Shown in pieces: positions 27,897-39,329 of a stretch of DNA of 64,000 nucleotides. Source of the DNA: an uncultured Eubacteriales bacterium. GTDB taxonomy: Bacteria > Bacillota > Clostridia > Oscillospirales > Acutalibacteraceae. The number at the start of each line of letters is the position of its first letter. Positions within the stretch are counted from its first letter, which is position 1. The position numbers and the translations under genes are program-made. The notes under the pieces were generated by a model. It did not search any database, had not been told where the DNA came from, and saw only the letters and a program-made list of their open reading frames with translations. The stretch lies in assembly GCA_964602735.1 (NCBI GenBank), contig CAZRRV010000001.1, positions 38,900 through 102,899 of the forward strand, given 5' to 3'.

Positions 27897-28865
27897 ATGC
27901 CGATTCTTGATATGCCCGTAACACAGCTTGAAAAATACACTGGCAGTTCTCCATGCCCGGATGATTTCGATCTGTACTGGGAAACCGCACTGAAAGAGAT
28001 GCGCTCTACCGACCCGAAAGCGGAATTTATACCTGCGGAATATAAATTTCCGAATGTTGAGTGTTTCAATGTTTATTTTACGGGTGTCCGCGGAGCGAAA
28101 ATACACGCGAAACTTGTCCGCCCCGCCGGATTAAACAAAAAGGCTCCCTGTGTGTTGCGCTTTCACGGATACAGCGGATTCGGTGAAACATTCGGTGATT
28201 TGTTGCGCTATGCCGCTCTCGGATGGTCGGCGTTTTCGTTAGACGCACGTGGGCAGGGCGGTTATTCCGAGGATACCGGCGGTTTTGTAAACACTACATT
28301 CGACGGGCAGATAGTTCGCGGACTCGACAATGACGATCCGCAGGATCTTTATTATCATCATGTGTTTCTCGACTGTGCCGAGTTGGCGAATATTGCCCTC
28401 GGTTGCGATTTTGTAGACGGGCAGGCACTTTATACCGTCGGCAGCAGCCAGGGAGGCGGGCTTTCGCTTGCCTGTGCCGCGCTCGAACCCCGCGTTGCCC
28501 GCTGTTTTGCCGGATGCCCGTTTTTAAGCGATTATAAGCGTGTATGGCACATGGATTTAGATAAAGGCGCTTATCGCGATATCAGATATTATTTTAAGAA
28601 TTATGATCCCACGCATGCCCGCGAGGATGAGGTTTTCAGCAAGCTGGGTTATATTGATGTTCAAAATCTGGCGAACCGCATTCGCGGTGAGGTTTTAATG
28701 ATTACCGGATTGCAAGACAATACATGCCCTCCTTCGACACAGTATGCGGCTTATAATAAAGTTGTCGCACCTAAAAAACATATTGTAGCGCCGGATTGCG
28801 GCCACGAGAATATAAAATTCCAATCCGATATTGAAATTGATTTTCTGGCAAACGGAATTAAATAA
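27897..28865 (+). CDS. CE7 acetylxylan esterase / cephalosporin-C deacetylase family
   Basis: Begins MPILDMPVTQLEKYTGSSPCPDDFDLYWETALKEM and has the nucleophile elbow VGSSQGGG and a C-terminal CGHE. The ATG at 27897 follows RBS AGAGGA. Confidence 0.85.
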   Translation: MPILDMPVTQLEKYTGSSPCPDDFDLYWETALKEMRSTDPKAEFIPAEYKFPNVECFNVYFTGVRGAKIHAKLVRPAGLNKKAPCVLRFHGYSGFGETFGDLLRYAALGWSAFSLDARGQGGYSEDTGGFVNTTFDGQIVRGLDNDDPQDLYYHHVFLDCAELANIALGCDFVDGQALYTVGSSQGGGLSLACAALEPRVARCFAGCPFLSDYKRVWHMDLDKGAYRDIRYYFKNYDPTHAREDEVFSKLGYIDVQNLANRIRGEVLMITGLQDNTCPPSTQYAAYNKVVAPKKHIVAPDCGHENIKFQSDIEIDFLANGIK

Positions 28866-28951
28866 CTGCGTTGTCAGGCGAAAAAACAGTTGCAATTTTC
28901 CCCCGGATGTGATAGTATAATATCTGCTTATGTAATAAAAGCGAGGTTTTA

Positions 28952-29164
28952 ATGACAATGAAACAGGGAATTCATCCGAATTACGGTAAATGTGTTGTGC
29001 GGTGCGCCTGCGGTGCAGAATTTGAAACCCGTTCAACCAAGCCGGAAATAAGATTAGACATTTGCTCGAAGTGCCATCCGTTTTTTACCGGAAAGCAGAA
29101 ACTGGTTGACACCGGCGGTCGGGTCGACAGGTTTAAGAAACGGTTCAATCTGGATGACAGGTAA
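28952..29164 (+). CDS. rpmE: 50S ribosomal protein L31
   Basis: MKQGIHPNY...CACG...[13 protein letters not shown]...[10 protein letters not shown]. The start is either the ATG at 28952 or the ATG at 28958. Confidence 0.93.
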   Translation: MTMKQGIHPNYGKCVVRCACGAEFETRSTKPEIRLDICSKCHPFFTGKQKLVDTGGRVDRFKKRFNLDDR

Positions 29165-29174
29165 TTTTGTTTAT

Positions 29175-29207
29175 AAGACCGCGCCGTATATGACGCGGTC
29201 TTTTTAT
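29175..29207 (+). terminator. Intrinsic terminator after rpmE
   Basis: AAGACCGCG (29175-29183) pairs with CGCGGTCTT (29194-29202) and is followed by a T-run. Confidence 0.8.
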
Positions 29208-29221
29208 TACAGATATCGAAA

Positions 29222-29842
29222 ATGGAATATTTAACCGTTGCGGATAAATCGGTCGGAGAGCTTACCGAAAAGCGCTCCCGTTTTGTTTCCGCGCTTTATC
29301 CTGCTTCGGATGAACAATCTGCCCGCGAAATAATAGAACATCATAACGCCGAATATCGCGACGCCGATCATAATGTTTACGCTTACCGCATTTACGACGG
29401 AGTAACAAAATATTCCGATGACGGCGAGCCGCACTCCACCGCCGGGCGCCCCACATTAAACGCTTTGGAACGGGTTCACATTACAAACTGTGTTATAATA
29501 ACGGCGCGGTATTTCGGCGGAGTATTGCTCGGAACCGGAGGGCTGTCGCGAGCATACGCGGAATGCGCGCGCAGGGCTGTGGCAAATGCGTCGATAGTAA
29601 AAATAAGCGAGATTTGCCGATATTGTGCTTATTTGCCTTATTCGCAGTATGAATTATTTACCGCATGGATATGTAAATACGGCGGAAACGTGACTGAGAA
29701 AGAATTTCGCGATATTGTCTCCGTGCATTTTTCGGTACCGCTTGAATACGACGAAAAATTTGCGGCAGATGTAAAAACTTCGCAGTTTCGTGATATTTTA
29801 ATTGAGCCGAAAAGGCGCTTCGTGTCGCAGTCGGGTCAATGA
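29222..29842 (+). CDS. yigZ: YigZ/IMPACT-family protein
   Basis: 206 aa. Contains KRSRFVSALYPASDEQSAREII...HNVYAYRI...DDGEPHSTAGRP...VIITARYFGGVLLGTGGL. Confidence 0.8.
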   Translation: MEYLTVADKSVGELTEKRSRFVSALYPASDEQSAREIIEHHNAEYRDADHNVYAYRIYDGVTKYSDDGEPHSTAGRPTLNALERVHITNCVIITARYFGGVLLGTGGLSRAYAECARRAVANASIVKISEICRYCAYLPYSQYELFTAWICKYGGNVTEKEFRDIVSVHFSVPLEYDEKFAADVKTSQFRDILIEPKRRFVSQSGQ

Positions 29843-29857
29843 AAGGGGTAACATGAG

Positions 29858-31612
29858 TTGCCGTTCCCGGAATCTTTTCTATTGGAACTGAAAGACAGGA
29901 ATCCTATCGATTCGGTTGTTTCGTCTTATGTTACACTGAAAAAAAGCGGAAATGTCAAAAAAGGATTATGCCCTTTTCATAACGAAAAAACTCCTTCGTT
30001 TACGGTATATCCGCAAACCGATTCTTTTTACTGTTTTGGATGCGGTGCCGGCGGCGATGTAATCGCATTTATCGAAAAAATTGAAAATCTCGATTATTTT
30101 GAAACGGTTAAATGGTTGGCGGAGCGTTCCGGTTTGCCGTTGCCCGTGGATAATTCGGAAAGCGACAGAACGGCTCGCCTCAAAGCCGAAATGAGGGAAG
30201 CGAACAGGATTGCCGCTCTGTTCTTCTGTAAACGGCTTCTGGCTTCTGGCGGGGAAACCTCCCGTAAATATTTAATAGATAGGGGGCTTTCTGTAAAAAC
30301 CGTAAGAAGCTTCGGTATAGGCTACGCTCCCGACAGTTGGGACGCCCTTTATAAACACCTGAAGAATTCCGGAATTTCCGACGAGGCGGCACTTGAGGCT
30401 AATTTGTGCGTCAGAGACAACAACGGTTCGATACACGACAGGTTCCGTAACAGGGTAATGTTCCCGATCCTCGATGTGCGCGGAAACGTAGTGGCTTTCA
30501 GCGGAAGAAATCTGCCCGGTGTTGAAAAAGGCGGCAAGTATGTAAACACAAGGGATACGCTTATATATAAAAAGGGCAATCTGCTGTTTGGGCTTAATGT
30601 AGCGAAAAACCACTGCGCCAAACGGGCGGTTTTGGTTGAAGGGAATATGGACGTTGTTGCTATGCATCAGGCGGGGTTTAATTATACCGTAGGCTCTCTC
30701 GGAACGGCGTTTACCCCCGAGCAGGCAAGGCTGCTGTGTCGCTATACAAAAGAAGTTGTTTTGATGCTCGACGCCGATACGGCGGGGGAAAAAGCAACCG
30801 AAAAAGCCGTTTCCGTTTTGTCCGGCAACGATATATCGGTTCGGGTCCTTCGGCTCCCCGAATGCAAAGACCCCGATGAGTATATGCAAAAACATTCAAA
30901 AGAAAAATTGGAGGCGTTGATTGATGGCTCGAAAACCGATGTGGAATACCGACTTTTACGCGCCGCCGACGGGCTCAATTTAAGTGATGATGACGCAAAA
31001 GTTATTTACTTAAAGCGCGCGACCGAACTGCTAGCGAAACAAAACGATCCGGTGGCGGCCGATTTATACGCGGGGAGACTGGCCGATAAATACGGTGTGG
31101 AAAAGCAAACTCTTACGCGGATGATAAAAAAGTCGGAGGAGCGCAACAGGAGAACCGAAAACAAAGCCGCAGTCAACGAAACCGTTCGCCCGCATTTTAC
31201 GACCCCCGGTGATCGTGACCGGGCGCTGACGTTGAAAGCATCATCCGCCGAAGACACAATTAACCGAATTTTAATGTTTCATCCCGATTTGTATGCGAAT
31301 CTCAAAAAAGACCTTGCTCCCGGCGATTTTGTGACCGATTTCGGCGGCAGATTGTACGGCGCGATATCCGAAATTTACGAAAAAGGGTACAGCTTTGATA
31401 TAACTTTGCTCAGCGGCAAATTCGGTGAGAACGAACTCGGAAAGATTGCGGCGCTGCAAACCGACAATAATTTCGGAGAGGATATTCCGGGATTGTTGAA
31501 CGATTGTGTAAAAACATTGAAATCCGAAAAGCGGCGAACGGAAACCGGCGGGAACGACGGTGATTGGGACAGTCGGGTACAGTCATTAATAGGCGGGAAA
31601 AAGAAAGGTTGA
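29858..31612 (+). CDS. dnaG: DNA primase
   Basis: Zinc ribbon [13 protein letters not shown]...[11 protein letters not shown] and a TOPRIM domain (LVEGNMDV...MLDADTAG). TTG start with RBS AAAGGGG. Confidence 0.92.
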   Translation: MPFPESFLLELKDRNPIDSVVSSYVTLKKSGNVKKGLCPFHNEKTPSFTVYPQTDSFYCFGCGAGGDVIAFIEKIENLDYFETVKWLAERSGLPLPVDNSESDRTARLKAEMREANRIAALFFCKRLLASGGETSRKYLIDRGLSVKTVRSFGIGYAPDSWDALYKHLKNSGISDEAALEANLCVRDNNGSIHDRFRNRVMFPILDVRGNVVAFSGRNLPGVEKGGKYVNTRDTLIYKKGNLLFGLNVAKNHCAKRAVLVEGNMDVVAMHQAGFNYTVGSLGTAFTPEQARLLCRYTKEVVLMLDADTAGEKATEKAVSVLSGNDISVRVLRLPECKDPDEYMQKHSKEKLEALIDGSKTDVEYRLLRAADGLNLSDDDAKVIYLKRATELLAKQNDPVAADLYAGRLADKYGVEKQTLTRMIKKSEERNRRTENKAAVNETVRPHFTTPGDRDRALTLKASSAEDTINRILMFHPDLYANLKKDLAPGDFVTDFGGRLYGAISEIYEKGYSFDITLLSGKFGENELGKIAALQTDNNFGEDIPGLLNDCVKTLKSEKRRTETGGNDGDWDSRVQSLIGGKKKG

Positions 31613-31619
31613 ATGCGTA

Positions 31620-32723
31620 ATGGATGAAAAAAATCGCGAGGATAAACAACAGTTTGGTGAGTTCAACGGCGAAAAGCCGAATACCGATGCTGAAAAGAAG
31701 CCCGGCGATTCCTTAAATGCCGCCGCGGGAGACGCGTATTCGGGGGAATCGGGTGATGAAATTGCCGACGGTTTCGACGATTTGCCCGGCGACGACAGTT
31801 TGATGAACTCCGATTACGAACCCACCGACGACGATCTGAAATTAGAGGACATTGAGGGCGAACCGATTGATCTTGACGATGCCCTCAATATGGACAATAT
31901 AGCGCTGGACGATCCGGTAAAAATATATTTGAAAGAAATAGGCCGGGTACCCCTTTTGACCGCCGATGAAGAAATCGAATTGGCGAAAAAAGTTCTTAAA
32001 GGCGACGCGGATGCGAAAAAACGGCTTACCGAAGCCAATTTGAGGCTGGTAGTAAGCATTGCCAAACGCTATGTAGGTCGGGGAATGCATTTTCTCGATT
32101 TAATTCAGGAGGGAAATGTCGGTCTTATCAAGGCGGTTGAAAAATTTGATTACACAAAAGGTTTCAAATTTTCAACTTATGCGACATGGTGGATCAGGCA
32201 GGCGATTACAAGGGCGATTGCCGATCAGGCGCGAACGATTCGAATTCCGGTACACATGGTTGAAACGATAAACCGGTTGAAAAAAGTACAGGGGCAGTTG
32301 CTGCACGAAAACGGCATGGAACCGACCGAGGATCAGATAGCGGAGAAGATGAAAATTCCCGTTGAACGGGTTCGCGAAATAATGCGTGTGGCTCAGGAAC
32401 CCGTGTCGATGGAAACGCCCATCGGGCCGGAAGAAGACAGCCGGCTGATGGATTTTATCCGCGATGAAGAGGCTTTGGCTCCCGATGATGCGGCGCTGAA
32501 GAAGGTAACAAGCGAGGATATTAACAAGGTATTGAAAACACTTACCCACCGCGAGGAGCAGGTGATCAGGCTTCGCTTCGGATTGAACGACGGGCGGTGC
32601 CACACGCTGGAAGAGGTAGGACTCGAATTTAATGTAACGAGGGAACGCATCAGGCAGATTGAGGCCAAGGCCATAAGAAAACTTCGCCATCCGACTCGAA
32701 GCAACAGATTTCGCGATAAATAA
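31620..32723 (+). CDS. rpoD: Primary RNA polymerase sigma factor
   Basis: Acidic N-terminus, region 2 ([19 protein letters not shown]), and regions 3 and 4 ([22 protein letters not shown]). Confidence 0.95.
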   Translation: MDEKNREDKQQFGEFNGEKPNTDAEKKPGDSLNAAAGDAYSGESGDEIADGFDDLPGDDSLMNSDYEPTDDDLKLEDIEGEPIDLDDALNMDNIALDDPVKIYLKEIGRVPLLTADEEIELAKKVLKGDADAKKRLTEANLRLVVSIAKRYVGRGMHFLDLIQEGNVGLIKAVEKFDYTKGFKFSTYATWWIRQAITRAIADQARTIRIPVHMVETINRLKKVQGQLLHENGMEPTEDQIAEKMKIPVERVREIMRVAQEPVSMETPIGPEEDSRLMDFIRDEEALAPDDAALKKVTSEDINKVLKTLTHREEQVIRLRFGLNDGRCHTLEEVGLEFNVTRERIRQIEAKAIRKLRHPTRSNRFRDK

Positions 32724-32784
32724 AATAAACGGTAATTTTTACAGTTGCGGTGTTTGTAAAGCAATTACGGGAGGGAATGCAAAG

Positions 32785-33039
32785 ATGATGTTCGATTATA
32801 AAACAAAAGGAACCTGTTCGCAAATGATTCGACTTGAAATCGACGGGGATATTCTCAAGTCCGTCGAATTTGTAGGCGGTTGCAACGGCAATACCAAAGG
32901 TATTGCGTCGCTGGTCGCCGGAATGCCGGTTAAAGATGTAATAGCCAAACTAGAGGGTATCCGTTGCGGATTCAGGCCGACTTCCTGCCCCGATCAGCTG
33001 GCGCAGGCGTTAAAGGAATATCAAAAACAGTTTAAGTAA
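32785..33039 (+). CDS. TSCPD-domain small protein (TIGR03905-like, 4-Cys)
   Basis: 84 aa. Contains KGTCSQMIRLEIDGD...VEFVGGCNGNTKGI...GIRCG...TSCPDQLA. Confidence 0.75.
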   Translation: MMFDYKTKGTCSQMIRLEIDGDILKSVEFVGGCNGNTKGIASLVAGMPVKDVIAKLEGIRCGFRPTSCPDQLAQALKEYQKQFK

Positions 33040-33047
33040 TTTGGGTG

Positions 33048-33608
33048 ATGGACATGTCCGACGATCGGGATATGAAAATTATTACAGATTCTCCGTCGCG
33101 GGATTTAAAAGAGCGATCCGGAAATTTGAATCTTTCGGAAGAATACAACAGGCAGCGCGAAAACGGGAATATAGCGCTTGCCAAGGAACTCGGCCTTGAA
33201 ATAGCGAGGATGCTGTTCGCCTCTGAAGGAGAGTTCCCGGACGTCGGGAAAGAGGCCGATTCCGAATTAAAATCTCAAAAACGGATACTGCTCGTTTTTA
33301 CCGGCATCTCGAGCCTTGAATTAAGCTGCCCCAATTCGGCGACCGTATACGCGGCTCAAAACAGCTTTTATTCTTCGCTTGAAAAAGTGAATCCGAGCTT
33401 ATACAAAAACGCGTTAAGTAGCGGAGCGTTTTCTTTCTACTATCTCGCTTTCAGGCGCGGCGATGATATTGAGCGCAGAATAGGCCAGACTTTCGCAATG
33501 CTTTGCTCTCACGACGGGGATCCCGTTTATCAGGAATTGGGGGAAGCCATATACTGCTGGTTCTCTTCTATGGTAGCCGAAAAAACCAAACTGGTAAATT
33601 TTAAATAA
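33048..33608 (+). CDS. Hypothetical protein
   Basis: ~186-aa ORF fitted tightly between flanking genes. No family recognised. Confidence 0.5.
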   Translation: MDMSDDRDMKIITDSPSRDLKERSGNLNLSEEYNRQRENGNIALAKELGLEIARMLFASEGEFPDVGKEADSELKSQKRILLVFTGISSLELSCPNSATVYAAQNSFYSSLEKVNPSLYKNALSSGAFSFYYLAFRRGDDIERRIGQTFAMLCSHDGDPVYQELGEAIYCWFSSMVAEKTKLVNFK

Positions 33609-33623
33609 TCACAGCGAATTTCT

Positions 33624-35705
33624 TTGAAACGGGAAGCGACTTGTTTGGGACTTAAAAAATGGATTTACCGGCGGAGCGATAAAGCCCTCGCTAAAGAAAT
33701 ATCCGAAGAATTCGGGTTTAATCCGGCGATAACAATGCTTGCGGTCGCGCGCGGCTATACCGAGCCGTGGCAAATCGACGAGTTATTGAGCGATGAAATT
33801 TTTTTAAGCAATCCTCTTGAAATAAAAGATATGGATCGGGCCGTCGAGCGTGTGCGCCGCGCTGTCGACAACGGCGAAAAAATCCGTATATTCGGAGATT
33901 ACGACTGCGACGGAGTAACCGCTACGGTACTGCTCTACTCCTATCTAAAGGGGAAGGGGGCGGATGTTTCGTATGTCTTGCCGCGGCGAGGTACCGACGG
34001 TTACGGCTTAAATTCCGGCGCGGTTGAAGAGAGCGCCAAAGACGGCATTAAACTGTTGCTTACCGTTGATAACGGAATAACCGCCATGAAAGAAATCGAA
34101 ACTGCGAAAAAGCTCGGGATTGATGTTGTCGTAACCGATCATCATCTTCCGCTTGACACGTTGCCCGACGCTTATTGCGTAGTTGATCCGAACAGAGCCG
34201 ACGATACATCCGAATGCAATAATTTATGCGGGGTCGGCGTGGCTTTTATGCTGGCGTCCGCCGTAGAAGGGGTTGCCCCGGAAGAAATGCTTCCCCGGTT
34301 TTCCGAACTGATAGCGCTCGGAACAGTCGCTGATGTCGTCCCGCTCTTAAACGACAATCGCCGGATGGTAAAATACGGGATTGCGCAAATAAACGAAAAT
34401 CCGAGCCCCGGAATCGCTGCATTAGTCGATGTCTGCGGCGTGAAGCCGGGAGATATAACCGCCACAACCGTCGCTTATAACCTGGCCCCCCGCATAAACG
34501 CGGCGGGCAGAATTTGCGACGCCGGCGTCGCGGCAAAACTGCTGTTGAGCGACCATTTGCCGACTGCGCTCTCTTATGCCGGGGAATTAAACGATAACAA
34601 TTCCGAAAGGCATGAAATAGAGCGGGGCATTATCAACGATGCCGTAGATCTCATAACCGCCGGCAATCTGGCGCGGTATGAGGTTCTGGTCGTGGCAAAA
34701 GCAGGCTGGCATTGCGGGGTAACGGGTATTGCCGCCTCAAGACTGGTAGAAAAATACGGAAAGCCGTGTTTCCTTTTTTCGATTGACGGCGACGGTATCG
34801 CGACGGGTTCGGGGCGCAGCGTACACGGCTTCGATTTATTCAAAGCTTTGTGCCGGGTATCACATCTGTTGCAGAGGTTCGGCGGGCATTCGGAGGCGGC
34901 GGGAGCAACGATTGACGCCGCGAATATTGATGAATTCCGTAATTCGTTAAACGAATATGCGTTGTGTCTGCCGCATGTATTCACTGAAGTTACCGTCGAC
35001 TGCAAGCTGAACGCCGGCGCAATTTCACCCGAATTTGTAAACGGACTTTCCGCATTGGAACCTTACGGTTCGGGGAATAAACCGCCGCTGTTCGCGCTTT
35101 GCCGGATGAAAATTACCTCGATTGATATAGTGGGAAAAGAAAAGCAGCATATGCGGTTGCGGTTGGAAAAAGGCGGAAAATTTTTTGGCGTTATCGCGTT
35201 TTCATCTTCGCCGGCCGATTACGGCATATCGGTCGGAGATACCGTCGACGTAGCCGTATCGTTGTCCGTTAAAGAGTATAACGGAAAATCCGAGGTAAGC
35301 GTAATCGTTCGCGATATAAAACTTTCGGAACGGGACGAAGAAAAATTTTTCGGTTCGCTCGAAAATTATCGGAAATGCGTGAATAATCTTCCGGGCGCGG
35401 ATTACGAAGAAATATACCCCATCCGTGAAGAATTTGCCGCCGTTTACCGCTTTATAAGGCAGTACGGCGAAATTACTCTTCCGGGATTGCAAAACCGTAT
35501 GTGCGATACCGTATCACCCGGCAAAATCGAGGTAATCCTCGAATGTTTCAGGGAAACGGGGCTTTTATCGGTACAATCAAACGGCGGAGAAAATACAATA
35601 TCGGTAAAAGCCATGGCGGAAAAAGTCGATTTAACCAAATGCGAATGTTTGCGCCGCATTGCCGAAAAGAGAGAACAAAATGGAAACGGTTCCAAAGAGT
35701 TTTGA
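33624..35705 (+). CDS. recJ: Single-stranded-DNA-specific exonuclease RecJ
   Basis: DHH motifs (IFGDYDCDGVTA, TVDNGI, VVTDHH) and DHHA1 (GGHSEAAG). The start is uncertain because only TTG codons are available. Confidence 0.9.
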   Translation: MKREATCLGLKKWIYRRSDKALAKEISEEFGFNPAITMLAVARGYTEPWQIDELLSDEIFLSNPLEIKDMDRAVERVRRAVDNGEKIRIFGDYDCDGVTATVLLYSYLKGKGADVSYVLPRRGTDGYGLNSGAVEESAKDGIKLLLTVDNGITAMKEIETAKKLGIDVVVTDHHLPLDTLPDAYCVVDPNRADDTSECNNLCGVGVAFMLASAVEGVAPEEMLPRFSELIALGTVADVVPLLNDNRRMVKYGIAQINENPSPGIAALVDVCGVKPGDITATTVAYNLAPRINAAGRICDAGVAAKLLLSDHLPTALSYAGELNDNNSERHEIERGIINDAVDLITAGNLARYEVLVVAKAGWHCGVTGIAASRLVEKYGKPCFLFSIDGDGIATGSGRSVHGFDLFKALCRVSHLLQRFGGHSEAAGATIDAANIDEFRNSLNEYALCLPHVFTEVTVDCKLNAGAISPEFVNGLSALEPYGSGNKPPLFALCRMKITSIDIVGKEKQHMRLRLEKGGKFFGVIAFSSSPADYGISVGDTVDVAVSLSVKEYNGKSEVSVIVRDIKLSERDEEKFFGSLENYRKCVNNLPGADYEEIYPIREEFAAVYRFIRQYGEITLPGLQNRMCDTVSPGKIEVILECFRETGLLSVQSNGGENTISVKAMAEKVDLTKCECLRRIAEKREQNGNGSKEF

Positions 35706-37860
35706 CGAATTTAAGGCTCTGCTTGTCGAGCAGGGCGGGCAGTATGATATAGCAATGATAGAAAAAGCATATTCATTATGCTTTTCTGCGCACAGCGGTC
35801 AAAAACGTGCTTCGGGTGAACCTTATGTTATTCATCCGCTTTCCGTCGCCGAAATATTGATTTCGATGGGGATGGATTCCGAGTCGATCTGCGCCGGACT
35901 TCTGCACGATGTGGTGGAAGACACCGGTGTTACAACGGAAGAAATAGAAAAGAAATTCAACAAAAATGTCGCGCTGCTGGTTGACGGAGTTACAAAACTC
36001 GGAAAAATTACAATTCCTCACGATCAACAGCAGTCTGAAAATATTCGAAAAATGCTGATAGCCATGTCGGAGGATATCAGGGTTATTATCATTAAACTTG
36101 CCGATCGCCTGCATAATATGCGTACGCTCGATTATTTGAACGAGCAGAAACAGCGCGATATTTCACTTGAAACTTTGGAGGTTTACGCGCCGATAGCACA
36201 TCGCCTCGGTATAAGAGCGGTTAAAGAGGAACTTGAGGATCTCGCTATCAAGCATCTCGACCCGGTAGCATACGGAGAAGTCGTCGAATTATTGAACCGC
36301 CGCAAGATTCAGCATAAAGAATTCCTCGAACGAATACAAAATAAAATACGAACCAAAGTCTCCGAGTATGTGCCTAACATTTATGTGGAGGGAAGAATTA
36401 AATCCATTCACGGTATTTACCGAAAAATGTTTGTGCAAAATAAATCATTCGAGGAAATTTACGATGTTTACGCCGTTCGTGTAATAACCGATACGATTGT
36501 AAACTGCTATAATATTTTAGGAGTGATTCACGATATTTTCCGACCTATTCCCAACAGGTTTAAGGATTATATCTCCACCCCCAAGCCCAATATGTATCAA
36601 TCGCTCCACACTACGGTAATCGACAGGGAAGGGATACCTTTCGAAGTTCAGATACGCACGTGGGATATGCACCATACGGCGGAATACGGCATTGCCGCTC
36701 ACTGGAAGTATAAAGAAGGCATTGAAAAAAGCGACGGCAAAATGGAGGAACACCTGGCATGGATACGCCAGATAATCGAATCGCAGAAAGAGGCCGACGG
36801 AGCCGAGGACATTGTTCAAACCATTAAAACCGATCTTTCCCCGGAAGATGTTTTCGCCGTTACGCCGAAGGGTGATGTTATAACTCTCCCCGCGGGAGCT
36901 ACGGTTATCGATTTTGCTTATGCGGTACATACCGAAGTCGGCAATAAAATGGTTGGCGCAAAAGCCGACGGCAGAATAGTTCCTTTTTCATATGAAATCA
37001 AAACGGGTGAAATAATCGAAATTATTACAAGCTCCTCTCCGGGGCGCGGGCCGAGCAGAGACTGGCTTAAAATTGCCAAAAGCAGTCAGACAAGGGCAAA
37101 AATACGCGCGTGGTTCAAAAAAGAACGCCGATCCGAAAATATCGCTACGGGTAAAGCTGAACTGGAACGCGAATTGGCCCGCAATTCCATTCGGCTGACC
37201 GAAGAGGAAACGCGAAAATTTATTGAAGAAGCATCGAAAAGATTAAACTGCGCGTCGGTTGACGATTTTTACGCCGCTATAGGCTACGGGGGAATAGCGC
37301 TGTCACGTATAATACCCCGCCTTAAAGAAGAATATCAGAAAATTTTACGGTCCGCAACGGCAGACGGTACAGCCGTACAATCGCAAAAAATCGTCACAAG
37401 ATCAAATGAGGGAATAGTTGTCGAGGGAATCGACAACTGCCTTATAAAGCTTGCAAAATGCTGTACTCCTCTGCCGGGAGACAATATCATAGGTTTTATA
37501 ACGAGAGGTCACGGCGTTTCCATTCATAAGCGCGAATGCAGAAATGTTCCGAAAGACCTAAGCAAAGCGGAGGAACCCGAGCGATGGCTGACGGCCTATT
37601 GGAACAACAGTAAAAACGAAACTTTTCTGGCGTCATTGCGCATAGTCGCCGAAAACAGGAACGGTATACTCGCCGACATTACCCTGGCAATATCGAATTT
37701 GCATGTAGTGTTGCATTCGTTAAACGGAAAAGAAACGAAAGACGGAAATTGTGTGATAAATGTCACCCTAAGCGTTGAAAACGCGCAACATCTTTCAAAT
37801 ATATTCGGCAAGATCGGGAAAATTCCCGGTGTGCTTAATGTGGAAAGAGATTACGCATAA
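35680..37860 (+). CDS. relA: Bifunctional (p)ppGpp synthetase/hydrolase (RSH)
   Basis: HD domain (HPLSVAEIL...LLHDVVEDT), synthetase domain (YRKMF...YQSLHTTV), then TGS and ACT domains. The ATG at 35680 is preferred. Confidence 0.93.
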   Translation: METVPKSFDEFKALLVEQGGQYDIAMIEKAYSLCFSAHSGQKRASGEPYVIHPLSVAEILISMGMDSESICAGLLHDVVEDTGVTTEEIEKKFNKNVALLVDGVTKLGKITIPHDQQQSENIRKMLIAMSEDIRVIIIKLADRLHNMRTLDYLNEQKQRDISLETLEVYAPIAHRLGIRAVKEELEDLAIKHLDPVAYGEVVELLNRRKIQHKEFLERIQNKIRTKVSEYVPNIYVEGRIKSIHGIYRKMFVQNKSFEEIYDVYAVRVITDTIVNCYNILGVIHDIFRPIPNRFKDYISTPKPNMYQSLHTTVIDREGIPFEVQIRTWDMHHTAEYGIAAHWKYKEGIEKSDGKMEEHLAWIRQIIESQKEADGAEDIVQTIKTDLSPEDVFAVTPKGDVITLPAGATVIDFAYAVHTEVGNKMVGAKADGRIVPFSYEIKTGEIIEIITSSSPGRGPSRDWLKIAKSSQTRAKIRAWFKKERRSENIATGKAELERELARNSIRLTEEETRKFIEEASKRLNCASVDDFYAAIGYGGIALSRIIPRLKEEYQKILRSATADGTAVQSQKIVTRSNEGIVVEGIDNCLIKLAKCCTPLPGDNIIGFITRGHGVSIHKRECRNVPKDLSKAEEPERWLTAYWNNSKNETFLASLRIVAENRNGILADITLAISNLHVVLHSLNGKETKDGNCVINVTLSVENAQHLSNIFGKIGKIPGVLNVERDYA

Positions 37861-39311
37861 TGATTCTTGCTGTCGCCGGTCATTCGTATGTTTACGAAAC
37901 CGAAAAAATCGTACGGCTTTTCTTTCCGTTTGAAAAACTTGTTTTTTCGGATACGTTGCTGCCGGAAACAGACGGTTTTCTTACCGCCGTGAATCAAAGC
38001 GGATTGTATGTAAGATTGCAGATTGCCGGCATACGCGAGGAAAAGACGGCGGATTTTCCCGGGCGGGAGGCGTTGGAAACCGCGCTTTGCGTGATGCTTT
38101 ACAAGTTGCTGTGCGAATATACGGGTTGCGTTCAACCGTGGGGAATTCTGACAGGCGTAAGGCCCGGAAAACTTTTCCGTAAACTCGCGTCCGAAAGGGG
38201 AGAGGCGGAGGCAAAGCGCGTTTTTACCGATGCTTTTCTTGTGGATCCCGAAAAGACGGAATTGTGCGCCGATTGCGTAAAAAACGAAAGCGCAATAATT
38301 GAAAAAAGCGGACAAAAATCTTTCAGCCTGTATATTGCCGTGCCTTTTTGCCCCAGCCGATGCAAATACTGCTCTTTTGTTTCCCATTCGGTCGAACGGT
38401 CGAAAGCGCTTATTCCCGAATATTTGCGGTTATTGACTGAAGAAATAAGAATTACCGGTGAAATTGCCGGATCAATCGGGTTAAAGCTTTCAACGGTATA
38501 CATAGGCGGAGGAACTCCGTCGGTACTTACCGCCGAACAAATAGAAATGCTGCTTAAATCGGTGAGCGAGAATTTTCATATAAGCGACGCCGCGGAATTT
38601 ACTTTCGAGGCCGGCCGCCCCGAGACCGTTACGGGGGAAAAATTAAAAGTTCTTGACGACGGAAACGTTACCCGAATAAGCATAAACCCGCAAACTTTTC
38701 ATGACAGAACCCTGAGGCTCGTAAACCGGAGACATACGGCGGAGGATATGTATAAAGCTTTTGAACTTGCGCGCGAATGCTATTCGGGAGATATAAATAT
38801 CGATTTGATTGCCGGGCTCGAATCGGAAACCGTTGACGACTTTAACGAAAGCGTAAGCCGCGCGATCGCCTTAAAACCGGAAAATATTACCGTACACACT
38901 CTTTCGGTAAAAAGAGCGGCGGCGATAAACAAAGCGCCGGACAAAACATTTTGGAACAACGCGTCCGCGGTTGCGAAAATGCTTTCCTCCGCGCGGCAAC
39001 GGTTGAGCGGAGCCGGGTATGTTCCGTATTATCTGTACAGGCAGAGCAAAACAGTCGGCAACGCGGAAAATACCGGCTACTCGTTGCGGGAGCATGAATG
39101 TTTTTACAATGTTTATATGATGGACGAAACTCATACGGTTTTGGGATGCGGAGCTTCCGCCGTTACTAAACTGAAAGCATACGGAACGAATACCGTTAAA
39201 CGCGTTTTTAATTTTAAGTACCCTTACGAATATATAAACCGTTTTTCCGAAATCACGGAACGCAAATCCGAGATTAAACAATTTTACAATCAATACCCTT
39301 TTGAGGGTTAG
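37860..39311 (+). CDS. hemZ: Radical-SAM coproporphyrinogen-dehydrogenase-like protein (HemZ/HemN family)
   Basis: Has the CPSRCKYCSF (CxxxCxxC) motif and a HemN-like C-terminus. The start overlaps the relA stop (TAATG). Confidence 0.7.
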   Translation: MILAVAGHSYVYETEKIVRLFFPFEKLVFSDTLLPETDGFLTAVNQSGLYVRLQIAGIREEKTADFPGREALETALCVMLYKLLCEYTGCVQPWGILTGVRPGKLFRKLASERGEAEAKRVFTDAFLVDPEKTELCADCVKNESAIIEKSGQKSFSLYIAVPFCPSRCKYCSFVSHSVERSKALIPEYLRLLTEEIRITGEIAGSIGLKLSTVYIGGGTPSVLTAEQIEMLLKSVSENFHISDAAEFTFEAGRPETVTGEKLKVLDDGNVTRISINPQTFHDRTLRLVNRRHTAEDMYKAFELARECYSGDINIDLIAGLESETVDDFNESVSRAIALKPENITVHTLSVKRAAAINKAPDKTFWNNASAVAKMLSSARQRLSGAGYVPYYLYRQSKTVGNAENTGYSLREHECFYNVYMMDETHTVLGCGASAVTKLKAYGTNTVKRVFNFKYPYEYINRFSEITERKSEIKQFYNQYPFEG

Positions 39312-39329
39312 GGTTTAGGAGGAAAAAAT

